A stretch of 64,000 bases of DNA, taken from contig NC_068999.1 of NCBI RefSeq assembly GCF_001194135.2, forward strand, positions 37,525,963-37,589,962, in the 5' to 3' direction. This DNA is from Octopus bimaculoides (lineage: Eukaryota). The notes beneath the pieces were generated by a model, which saw only the letters and a program-made list of their open reading frames with translations, ran no database searches and had not been told where the DNA came from. The position numbers were made by a program, and so were the translations under genes. Positions 53,796 through 64,000 of the stretch are shown piece by piece. Each line of letters opens with the position of its first letter. The stretch's first letter is position 1.

Positions 53796-54169
53796 AAATT
53801 CTTCATTGTGTTTAAACGTAATTGAAACAAAGGCGTTGCATTCCAAAAGAAATATGCTAACAAAAGGGTCAACGATGTATTGATATTGCCAATGTTTAGC
53901 CACTTTCTTGTGAAGAGAGAAACAATCTCTGGGTTAAGGGTGTGTGTGAAGGGGCAATGGTTTTTGAGGAACACAGGCGGTTGTCCATATCTGCAAGTCT
54001 CGGCATGCCACACTGATCTTTAACCCAAATGAAAAACTACTGATAGGAGCAATACTGCTTAGTATCAATGAGATCAGAGGTGTTGATGGCCGAAAACAAA
54101 CCACTGAAATAGAAATCACAAGAGTATCTCACCTGATTGCCAATCTGTTCCTCTCATCCATGGATGATG

Positions 54170-54315
54170 GATTGGTAATCCTTAACAGCTCACGAAAGGA
54201 TAAAAGGGAACGTTGACCCCTGCGTGATTTGAACTCCAAGAACAGAGATAGATTGCAAGGTAAACTATCCTACATTCTAGCCAACACCCTAATGATTCCT
54301 CCAATTTACCGCCTT
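54170..54315 (-). mobile_element. SINE family A copy (decayed)
   Basis: Reverse complement head reads aaggcggtaaattggaggaatcattag...gagttcaaatcacgcaggggtcaacg. Confidence 0.65.
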
Positions 54316-54353
54316 TATACTGCCTTCTGCTTCTACCATTATTGATAATTTTC

Positions 54354-54530
54354 AGGCGGTGAGCTGGCGAAATTGTTAGAGTGTCGGACAAAATGCTTTG
54401 CTGTATTTCTTCCAGGTCTGTACGTTCTGAGTTCAGATCCTTCCTAGGTCAACTTTGCTTTTCTACACATCAGGATCGATAAAAAAGTATATAAATGAAG
54501 TACTAGGATCGATGTAATTGAGTTTAGCTT
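54354..54530 (+). mobile_element. SINE family A copy
   Basis: aggcggtgagctggcgaaattgttag...gttctgagttcagatcc...ggtcaactttgc...gatcgatgtaat. Confidence 0.85.
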
Positions 54531-55227
54531 GGTCTTATCCTCAATCGGGATAAACATGTTCCTTAGGATTCTTAATGATCTATTTCCGCATTGAAATATC
54601 TCCATAGTCCACAATAGACAAACCCCTATAGACAAACTCTCTAGCATGATCCAGTGTATTATACTTCGATTTTCTACTGGCGAAAGAAAGCGAGAAATAA
54701 TGTCACGAATTGTCTCGTTTATACTAATCGAACTGTATGCACTTAATTTGAACTAGATTTATGTTATTTTTAGCCTTGTTGTTATTTCTGACGAGACATT
54801 CAAAATATTCATTCTGTGCAACTAAAGTCAGACCTTCCGTCTTTCCTTTCATTTCGAAGTCTTTCAACCAATCAGTAACGGCTTTCATTTTCTCTCAGAT
54901 CTTGAAACGTTTTAGTCATAAACTAGTTTCTCTTTACATTTTTTATCTTCTTTAATATATTTTAGAATTCCATTTTTCCTTTTTGTTTCTTTTATTATTT
55001 CTTTGTTGTTGTTTTGTCCTCATTAAAATCTTTTTCTTCCCTGTACTTCTTTTCTAGTTTGTACTTTAATGCTTCTTTACAGATAGAAAGAAAACTTCTT
55101 TATATTTTCTTTTATGTTTTATTAAACTAATCACATTGCTTTTGCTGGCTTCAAACTATTTTCTATTTCCACTGTTGCTACTTTGTACTAGTTTACATCT
55201 TCTATTAAGGTCATCCTCCTCCTTCTT

Positions 55228-55260
<33 letters not shown>

Positions 55261-55307
55261 CTTCTTCTTCTTCTTCTTCTTCTTCTTCTTCTTCATCATT
55301 ATTATTG

Positions 55308-55518
55308 AAGGCGGCGAGCTGGCAGAATCGTTACCACGCCGGACAAGATGCTAAAAAGTATTTCGTCCGCCTTTACGTTCTGAGTTCAAATCCCACCGTG
55401 GTCGACCTTGCCTTTCATCCTTTCGGAAATCGATAAAATAAGTACCAGTTGAAAACTGGGTCGATGTTATCGACTCATCCTCACATCCCCAAGCTGCCCT
55501 TGTGGCAAAAATTTGAAA
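55308..55518 (+). mobile_element. SINE family A, best-preserved copy (tRNA-derived; layout like the octopus OR/OK SINEs, from memory)
   Basis: A-box-like tggcagaatcg at about 55320 and B-box gagttcaaatcc at 55382-55393; (TTA/AAT)n on both flanks. Confidence 0.9.
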
Positions 55519-55949
55519 TAATTATAATAATAATAATAATTATTATTATTATCATTATTGTTATTATTAGTAGTAGCAGCAGTGGTAATAGTAATAGCAG
55601 TAGTAGTATTAGTAGTTGCTGTTGCTGTAGTAGTAATAGTACTAGTATTGGTATTACTAGTACCGAACTGTTAAAATCTGTCTATGAACTAAATTAGCTG
55701 ACCTACCTTTTAAGAAAAAGAAAAAAAACCCCACAAAAAACGCAAAAAAAAAGAAAATAAAGCAAAGAAATATTTTAAAAGAGAAAATGAAAGAAAATAA
55801 ACGAAAACACAAAACATAATAAATAAATAAATAATCGTTGGAACATTCTCAAATTTAAAATTGATTAGTGGACTGATTAGTAGTTGCACGTTGGATAATT
55901 AGATAATCATAAATCCAATTATTAGAGAAAAGTAAAAAAGAAAAAAAAA

Positions 55950-56129
55950 AACACAATGCTGTTGTTATTGTTGCTGATCATGAAGCTGGTGGTGATGGTG
56001 ATGGTGAAGTTAGTGATGATGACATTGCTGTTGCTATAGTTGCTGCTGCTAATGGTAATCATCACCATGTTGGTACTGTCAATGCTGCTGCTGATGAAGG
56101 TGTCGGTTGAGATAGTGACGATGTTGTAG

Positions 56130-56160
<31 letters not shown>

Positions 56161-56270
56161 TTCTTACAGTGGTGGTAGTGGCGGTTGTGAGGATGATGAT
56201 GGAGTTGGTGATGGTTATATGGATGATGGTGATGATGATAGTGATGATGATGTTGACGGTGATGGCTAGG
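55950..56270. repeat. Degenerate (GAT/GGT/GTT/GCT) trinucleotide array
   Basis: Read directly. Confidence 0.9.
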
Positions 56271-56439
56271 ATAAATAAATAAATAAATAATTTAATGTTT
56301 TGCATCTGTTTAGTTCGAAATCTTTGAGTAATGAACCGATGTAAGTTTGGTCCAGAAATGACATTAAATAAAACAGAACAGATTAATATTACACAGGTGT
56401 CTGCTAAGTCAATTAACAAAAAATATCTTATTTTGAGGA

Positions 56440-57270
56440 GCGATGACAACAAGTCTCCTCAAATCACAAGTATATTTCTTAGGTTTCTTGTAAAGTAACG
56501 GATGATACTTTCCTGTGAGTTTCAATTCCAATTTCTTTCGGTCTTTTAGATGGCATTTTGGGTGCCGAGCAAACTAATTACTGCAAAGAATATACGTTGT
56601 CTTGATCTTCCAGTCTCTTCAGCTCTCTGGCTAGATCCTGATATTTCTAAATTACTTGAAATTGTTTGGTATTGACTCTATCCTATCATAAGAAATTGCA
56701 AAATCAATGATCTTACACTGTTTAATTTCTCCTCTATGATCGTACCTGTTTCTTTTTTGCTTTAATAGCATGGTCAGTCTTTATGGGGAAATTCCTCAAA
56801 ATCTTGTAATTCTTATTTTTGCTCACAACCTCTGGTTCATGTTGATACCAGTTTTCTATTGTTCTGAATCCACACAATCGACTTACATTCCAATGCACTC
56901 TTTTGCCTACGCAGTCATGTCTGCATTTATACTCCTTTTATGATAGTATACTGCACTCGCTCAAAAGGTGATTGATACATTTATTTCCTTTTCTCCAGAT
57001 TTTACATTTGCAGTCTGACTGAGTTCTGTCGATCTTTGCTTTTATCAGGCTTGTTAGAATTACTTTTCTAGAGCGGTTATAATTAGTGTTTCTGTCTCTC
57101 GTTTCATGTTCCCCTCCATAAACCAGATCCAGCAGTCTTTACTACTAGCATTCCAAGTATGCTGCATGAATTGGCCATGTAGTTCCATTTCTTAATATTT
57201 TTGTGTTCTGATGTTCTTCCTTTTTTCCTTGAATTCTGCTAGTTTCGGTCACTCTTCGGATATCTCCACA
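56440..57270 (-). mobile_element. R4/Dong-clade LINE 3' portion (CCHC zinc knuckle plus RLE), degenerate
   Basis: HGQFMQ, MKRETETLII, IKAKIDRTQSDCKCK, HLLSECS, KEYKCRHDCVGKRVHW, WYQHEPEVV, KTDHAI, KYQDLARELK, KEIGIET. Confidence 0.85.
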
Positions 57271-57272
57271 CC

Positions 57273-57274
<2 letters not shown>

Positions 57275-57333
<59 letters not shown>

Positions 57334-57348
57334 CACCGCTGCTGCTGA

Positions 57349-57396
<48 letters not shown>

Positions 57397-57435
57397 CACC
57401 ACCGCTGCTGCTGCTTCTGCTGCTGCTGCTGCTGC
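57275..57435. repeat. (TAC)n-(CAC)n-(GCT)n array with an internal block duplication
   Basis: Two (tac)n-caccaccaccaccgctgctg blocks read directly. Confidence 0.9.
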
Positions 57436-57530
57436 TTGTAGAATCGTTAAGTTGTCGAACAAATTGCCTAGCTATATTTCTTCTTAGACAATATATTCTG
57501 AGTTCAACTTTGCCACTCATCCATGAAATT
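57430..57530 (+). mobile_element. Partial decayed SINE family A copy
   Basis: gtagaatcgttaagttgtcgaacaaattgc...tattctgagttcaactttgccactcatcc. Confidence 0.55.
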
Positions 57531-57559
57531 TGAGGAACAGGGGACAGGAGACAGTCGTT

Positions 57560-57720
57560 TGCTTTGCACCGACCGCAGAATTTGTTTGGTATTTCGCTTC
57601 ATTAACTCATAAAAGGATGAAAAACAAAGTCGACCATGATGGCATTTGAACTCAGAACGTAGAGTCGGAAGAAACACTGCGAGTCACGTTTCACGAAACT
57701 CTAATTATTTTACCACCTTC
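57560..57720 (-). mobile_element. SINE family A copy
   Basis: aaggatgaaaaacaaagtcgaccatgatggcatttgaactcagaacgtag...ttaccaccttc. Confidence 0.75.
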
Positions 57721-57723
57721 TTT

Positions 57724-57759
<36 letters not shown>

Positions 57760-57966
57760 TATACGCCTATTTCACAGCAGTGCTCTACCCAAAAAACGAA
57801 TATAACATACAGAAAATTGCACTACTGGGTACTGCACACATTCTACGCAAAACACTTTCAATACAGTAAACATAAGAGCACCTCAGCAAACCACAGCACA
57901 TACCCAAGGCGCACAGAGCTGCGCTCGGTAGTGAAGTGAAAGCACGTTATAAAAATAATACTGAAC
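57760..57966 (+). mobile_element. Extremely 5'-truncated R4/Dong-clade insertion between (TAA)n tracts
   Basis: NIQKIALLGTAHILRKTLSIQ* (stop 57867-57869) plus a ~100-bp 3' UTR; (TAA)n at 57725-57758 and 57967-57978. Confidence 0.85.
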
Positions 57967-57977
57967 AATAATAATAA

Positions 57978-58012
<35 letters not shown>

Positions 58013-58690
58013 ATGATGATATCAACAGCAGCATTGGCAACAAGTATAACCATGATTATAATACAAAGAAGATTAAGAAAAAGAGGAAGAAGGAAAAGAC
58101 AAGCCGAGCTACAATAACAAAACCAACAAAATAAGTTGAAGAAGAAGAATCGACGACTGAACATGGCGTAGAGCGGAGTTAAGTATTTTCAGTCTCCCAG
58201 GTATTTCTCTAAAATGGAACGGAGAAAATACAAGGTTATAAATAAATAGATTAGATTGCTTTTGACAATAATAATTCTGTGATAATAATACCCTCTGCAA
58301 AATCGAATTAAGTTTATCAAAATGCACAGCATTATCGCACAATATCACATAGTATCACACAGATCAATATTAGCCGATAAAGACATTACATTAGTCGTTC
58401 GTCTTCCAAGCAGACGACAGTTATTTCAATAAAGAACGAGAAAGGACTTATGGCTTATGTATGTTTATATGAAGTCAAGGAGAGACCGTAAGAGGTAAGA
58501 AGAGAGAAAGGAGGAGAGGAGGACAGAGAAAGAGGAGGAGGAAGAAGGAGGGATGGGGAGAGGAATGGGTCGAATAAATAAAATGTTTCCATGAAGTCTC
58601 AGACAAAGAGAGAAAGTAAGAGAGAATGAGAAAGAGAAAAAAGAAAGAAACAGACCGAGAGAGTGAGAAAGGTGAAAAGAAAGTATTGAC

Positions 58691-58767
<77 letters not shown>

Positions 58768-59267
58768 ATAGAGATAGATAGATAAATAGATATATTTAGT
58801 TTGTATTGTAGTATGTTCTCTAAAAATATTGAATACACGTGAGAGCTCTTAGCAGTTTGTCATACGCTGCACACAGTCACACACACAGACAAACACACAC
58901 GCACACACGCGCACAAACGCACTGCCACACACACACTCTCTCTCTCNNNNNNNNNNNNNNNNNNNNNNNNNNNNNNNNNNNNNNNNNNNNNNNNNNNNNN
59001 NNNNNNNNNNNNNNNNNNNNNNNNNNNNNNNNNNNNNNNNNNNNNNNNNNNNNNNNNNNNNNNNNNNNNNNNNNNNNNNNNNNNNNNNNNNNNNNNNNNN
59101 NNNNNNNNNNNNNNNNNNNNNNNNNNNNNNNNNNNNNNNNNNNNNNNNNNNNNNNNNNNNNNNNNNNNNNNNNNNNNNNNNNNNNNNNNNNNNNNNNNNN
59201 NNNNNNNNNNNNNNNNNNNNNNNNNNNNNNNNNNNNNNNNNNNNNNNNNNNNNNNNNNNNNNNNNNN

Positions 59268-59302
<35 letters not shown>

Positions 59303-59462
59303 CACGACGCGCTTCTTTCAGTTTCCGTCAACCAAATCCACTAGCAAAGCTTTGGTCGGCCCGCGGCTATAGTAGAAAACACTTGCCGAAGGTGCCTTGC
59401 AGTGGAACTGAACCCCGACCCATGTGGTTGGGAAGCAAGCATCTTACTGCACAACCAATCCT
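59303..59462 (-). mobile_element. SINE family B copy
   Basis: Reverse complement reads gtaagatgcttgcttcccaaccacatgggtcggggttcagttccactgcaaggcaccttcggcaagtgttttctactatagcc...gacggaaactgaaagaagc. Confidence 0.9.
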
Positions 59463-59494
59463 GTATGTAAGGCTATATGTATGTATAAATCTTT

Positions 59495-59680
59495 TATATC
59501 TCTTTAACTTATTTCAGCTGTAGAACTGAACCCCTGCTGGGGCACCACCTTGAAGGATCTATTCGAAGAAATTACCCTTAGCACTTTTTAAAAATGTAGT
59601 ACTTATTCTATAGGTCGTTTTCGTCAAACCATCAAGCTCCGGAAACATAAACAAAGCAACACCGGAGACATAAACAAAGC
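59495..59680 (-). mobile_element. Decayed accessory module of SINE family B
   Basis: gctggggcaccacc...agtacttattctataggtcgttttcgtcaaacc is the reverse complement of the 52120-52290 module. Confidence 0.6.
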
Positions 59681-59939
59681 GTGTGCATGCCTGTGTATTT
59701 GTGAGGTAGACAGATACCCCCACCACACACACATATACGCACCACCCATATATTGATAGACAGATAAACTGATATATAGATAGACCGGTAGATATAGAGA
59801 GTGAGGAAAAAGGGAATTCACCTGAAATTCTAAAGAGACGAAAGAAACTGAATCTTCACAAAATATTTTCTGTAAAATCAATTTATTGTGAGAAATAGTC
59901 TGGACCCTAATTTGTGTCTTCTGAGTGAAAACCCTAATA

Positions 59940-60005
59940 TTGATGTTGTTATCTCTGATTGAGCAGATCTGTGATCAAAAGCATTCCATCCAAGACAATT
60001 GTATC
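59940..60005 (+). repeat. Family C repeat fragment
   Basis: ttgatgttgttatctctgattgagcagatctgtgatcaaaagcattccatcc. Confidence 0.55.
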
Positions 60006-60919
60006 AGACGGAAGAAATGGTGATGATGATGATGCTAATGATTATTATTGATGTTGTTTTATATTTAAACTCTACGTCACGATGTTGCTCATAGACATCT
60101 TGTCGTATGATACACAATTGTTTTTATTTTGCTATTATGCTGAGGAAAAAATACTATAAAATATAATATAAGCGTATTTATTTTTTCTATTAAGAAAAAA
60201 ACCAAAACTATCAATGTTTCGATCATAGGACTTTATCAAGAGAGTGAAGAGAGAATAGGAAAAGTTAAACACCGGCTGCTTTTAGTGAATGAAATGAAAC
60301 AGTCGGTAATTTTTTATATTAGGTTAGAGCGAGTGAAGATGGTTGATGAGGAGAAATGTCGGACATGTTAAAAAAATGACTAGCTGACTGCAGCGGCAGT
60401 ACTTGTGGTTGTGAGTGGGCATGCGTATCAACACAACAACAATAACAACAACAACAGTGTGTGGGCTTGCGTAAGAGAAGAGCTGAGAAGTATGATTGTC
60501 GGTTTGCATTTGTAAAATGGTGAAAGTTGGCAAGTGATGAGGAAGATTTAGAAGTAAAAGTTGTTGTTCATAGAAAGAGGAAAAGAAGTAACCAGTCGAA
60601 AGCTGGTGATGTGTGTGACCCACGGAGGTGAAATGGCAAGCTATAAATTTAGAGCGCCCTTAGGCACCACCTATCGGCCCTCTAAATCGATGCGCATTAA
60701 TGAATGCGTCATTTAAAAAAAAATTACTAGTACATTATGAAGTGGCATAATTTTTGCTACTAATGCAATCTTTAACTCTGCCATAATATAGCTCTGACTA
60801 CATCATTCGAAGTTTCCATCAGTGTGACTAGAGGTGAAACTGATCGCTGTTATCCTATAGGTCCAACTACTACATCGGAACTGTTTTAACGGTTCGGCAA
60901 ATTCAAGTGTGAGTTTTTC

Positions 60920-61065
60920 CTCGACTTGTACTTCGTTTCAACGAGGCCAGAAGGATCAATGACAAAGCTAGCATCGGTGAGATTTGATCTCGAAACATAA
61001 AGAGTCTCAAAATATATTGCACGATATTCCTCCGAAGCACAAACGATTCTGCAAATCAACCGCAA
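60920..61065 (-). mobile_element. Decayed SINE family A copy
   Basis: gaaggatcaatgacaaagctagcatcggtgagatttgatctcgaaac...aacgattctgcaaatcaaccgc. Confidence 0.55.
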
Positions 61066-61129
61066 TGTGGAAATGGAAAAGTCCGAGTAACGACCATTTA
61101 TTTCATCGATATATATATAAGCTTACGTG

Positions 61130-61368
61130 TGTGTCCCTTTGAATCTATGTTTGTTACTCCCGCCAACCGCATGGCAACCGGAGTTCCTTTCTTTGCGCCC
61201 ATAAAATATGACAGTTCGAAGAAGCGACCCAGAGAATAGGTACCCGATGTAAAGCAAAGATTATGAATACTATGGGCTATTTGTTCGACTAAAAACTTTG
61301 ATAGCGGTGCCCCAGCATGGCCGCAGTCCAATGTCTTACATAGCTGAAAGGTAAAAGATAAAAGATAT
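61130..61368 (+). mobile_element. Decayed accessory module of SINE family B (standalone)
   Basis: gttcgactaaaaactttgatagcggtgccccagcatggccgcagtcca...gtaaaagataaaaga. Confidence 0.65.
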
Positions 61369-61600
61369 TTGCATGGGTATGTCGAGGTGTATATATGATA
61401 TGTACGCACGAAACTCTCAGACCTATANNNNNNNNNNNNNNNNNNNNNNNNNNNNNNNNNNNNNNNNNNNNNNNNNNNNNNNNNNNNNNNNNNNNNNNNN
61501 NNNNNNNNNNNNNNNNNNNNNNNNNNNNNNNNNNNNNNNNNNNNNNNNNNNNNNNNNNNNTATATATATATATATATATTCACACACACATATACATAGA

Positions 61601-61637
<37 letters not shown>

Positions 61638-61870
61638 GAATAAATATACTGCTATGTATGTCAAACTGTAAAGACTTCTTATCTTTCCAGTTTGGTTATA
61701 ATTTAGTAAACTTAAGAGTAACATAAGCTATGATTATGAGAAATCCTACACAAATATTCTGGAAATATATATTTACTTTATCACTCACTCTCCCCCACTC
61801 CACAAATATATACATCTATATCAATATATGTACACAACTACATATATATGTGTCTGTGTATCTATATATA

Positions 61871-61913
<43 letters not shown>

Positions 61914-62179
61914 ATTGGACGCATAAGAGAAGTTATGTGTATAGATTATGTGTCCCTATGTGTTTGAGTGGATATCCTTATATGTGTGTGTATGTGTATA
62001 TAAACACTTATACATGTGTGTATGAACATGCATTCTATGTAAGTATGTGTACGTATGTATGTAGTTAAGCGTGTACATTAATGTATCGATGTAACGGAAA
62101 TTTATCTGATGAGATGAAGCAGTTATTTTGTAAATGAGTTGTTAAATAGTAGCAAGGATTGGTGATTGTATAATAATGA

Positions 62180-62233
<54 letters not shown>

Positions 62234-62347
62234 NNNNNNNNNNNNNNNNNNNNNNNNNNNNNNNNNNNNNNNNNNNNNNNNNNNNNNNNNNNNNNNNNNN
62301 NNNNNNNNNNNNNNNNNNNNNNNNNNNNNNNNNNNNNNNNNNNNNNN

Positions 62348-62395
<48 letters not shown>

Positions 62396-62619
62396 GCATA
62401 TATGTGTGCGTGTGTGTATATATATATATATGTATATTCATGCACACAAATATGTAGTATGCATCCTGTTTTTGTTGTGTGTTTATACAGAAAAGAATGG
62501 GAGAGAAGAAAAGAGAGATTGGAAGATGATGATTGACACTTTTTTGGGTGAGTGCAAGTCGATTACTTTGTGTTTGTGTGTGTGCGTGTGTGTGCAGAAT
62601 ATATTTGCGGATATTTCTT

Positions 62620-62802
62620 AAGGACGATGCTTAGAGGTATTTCGTCTGATTTTACGTTCTGAGTTTAAATTCCGCCGAGGTCGATTTTGCCTTCATTCTC
62701 TCAGGGTCGATAAATTAAGTACCAGTTGCGTACTGTGGCCAATCTAATCCACTGGCCCCTTCCCCCAAAATTTCGGGTCTTGTGCCTAGAGTAGAAAAGA
62801 AT
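62620..62802 (+). mobile_element. SINE family A copy (5' clipped)
   Basis: gatgcttagaggtatttcgtctg...gagtttaaattccgccgaggtcgattttgcc...gggtcgataaattaagtaccagttgcgtact...gtgcctagagtagaaa. Confidence 0.85.
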
Positions 62803-62904
62803 ATATTTTGCACGGTTTCATCCTGAAGAAGTGTAAAGTTGTGATATAAAGTTTGACAAAATGTAAACTCAACCCCCCTCACCACCACATATAGACAGAG
62901 ACGA

Positions 62905-63333
62905 ATTTTTGCAGAAAATTCACAGCTTATTTTGCCGGGTATGATGGAAAATGTCATTTGTCCGCAGCTAGCAGACAAAGGTGACACTTGTTTACTGGCC
63001 ATAATTCAAAAGCTCTGGGAAGTATTCTTGCAGTTCCAAGCAAAGCTGATTTTTGTAGGTGTTCTACCTTCACACTTGCACCAATCTTTTTCGGCCATGT
63101 TGGTGGTTGAGTGCTGATACTTCCAAGTGCACCAATTACTATTCGTATCACCTCCATTCTCACCATTGACCCCAACCTTCGTATTTCCCACTTCAAATCA
63201 TCATAGTTGTTTATTTTTTCTTCTTTGTCACTGGGGCATGCTATGTCGACTATCATACATGTTCTTTGGTTTTTGCTCACCACAGCAATGTCCGGTTTCT
63301 GATGTCTGGATGTTTTGCGTTCTTGTCCCATTT

Positions 63334-63336
<3 letters not shown>
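62905..63336 (-). mobile_element. R4/Dong-clade RLE 3' fragment
   Basis: ORF 62954-63418 contains KPDIAVVSKNQRTCMIVDIACPSD.KEEKINNYDDLKWEIRRL...IVIGALGS...LQKSALLGTARIL; the 5' junction is a (TA)n tract. Confidence 0.85.
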
Positions 63337-63395
<59 letters not shown>

Positions 63396-63554
63396 CACAG
63401 ACAAACAAAAGTATGCACACGCAGCGATGTTTACATATATACACATACCAATACATATATATACGTGCAAAAATATTCGAGAAGGGATTGTGAAACGTCG
63501 TCCATGAAAGAGCAGCCATGAGTCAAGCTGTCCGTGACTTGCTTTTTTTTCATG

Positions 63555-63650
63555 GATGAACTACCATAGGCTATATTATCTAATGAGCCTTACTACTGGA
63601 GACAGAAGTGTGTAACGTAAGGGAGATTTGGCTGCTATTTTTAGAATTAC
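63555..63650 (+). repeat. Family C repeat 3' half
   Basis: ggctatattatctaatgagcc...gtgtaacgtaagggagatttggctgctatttttag. Confidence 0.55.
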
Positions 63651-63963
63651 CGGGCAACGATGTTGCGGTACCAGTGTGTCCCCTTATATTTCCTTTGTTT
63701 TCTTTTCGTTTTCATGTGTTGATATTAAAGTAGTGATAGTAGTAGTAGTAGTAGTAGTTGCTATAGTTTCTAATAAAATTCAGCAAAGAAAAAAAAACAA
63801 TAACCTTTGATCGGTTTTTCAACGTATGCTTTGTGATAGAATTTCAAGAAATCAATAATTTGTCGATAGACCAGACGAGGAACAACTACATAGTATACAC
63901 CCCGAATTGCTGACGTAGGCATATGTGCGTCTGTGTACCTATGTATTTGCATATATATACATG

Positions 63964-64000
<37 letters not shown>

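Larger units (their letters stand above)
52941..53872. mobile_element. Possible decayed piggyBac-like MITE whose two ends bracket nested insertions
   Basis: Left ttag|cacttttgataaca versus right (reverse complement) ttga|cccttttgttagca, 13/18 and TTAA-CCCTT-like; assignment partly from recalled octopus repeat ends. Confidence 0.35.

Noticed and set aside
53995-54040. Weak minus-strand similarity to the U2 snRNA 5' end (ggttaaagatcagtgtgg)
   Set aside because: Short and gapped, with no continuation into stem IIa or the Sm site
55308-55400. tRNA gene
   Set aside because: It has A/B boxes but no cloverleaf and continues into a multi-copy SINE body
1283-62621. Long ORFs in the track made of X, YI, HT, CV, RE, poly-S/H/Q/N
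   Set aside because: They are translations of N-gaps and microsatellites with no domain content

Overview
Repeat-dominated eukaryotic genomic DNA from a draft assembly. There are 23 N-gaps totalling about 6.7 kb, nearly all bordered by microsatellites. The AT-richness, the extreme (TA)n/(CA)n/(GA)n and trinucleotide density and the SINE families suggest a coleoid cephalopod, probably Octopus; this is an inference from recalled repeat families, not a database search. I found no confidently supported host protein-coding gene, tRNA, rRNA or CRISPR array, and almost all listed ORFs are translations of microsatellites or Ns. What the sequence does support is a transposon graveyard: about 17 copies of one tRNA-derived SINE, a second CORE-like SINE with an accessory module, a third ~200-bp repeat, six R4/Dong-type (RLE) LINE fragments, CR1-like fragments, a Penelope GIY-YIG fragment and a Penelope-type terminal repeat, decayed mariner, Tc1 and hAT transposases, and MITE-like or foldback elements. 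The most interesting signals are a minimal hammerhead-ribozyme motif with a variant core (33089-33124, minus strand), retroelements concentrated on (TAA)n tracts and nested in one another, closely spaced inverted SINE pairs and a 329-bp foldback (possible dsRNA/ADAR substrates), a ~290-bp near-identical local duplication, a TAATTA cluster and one weak poly-Pro exon candidate. None of these is demonstrably a new biological system. All coordinates of decayed elements are approximate.
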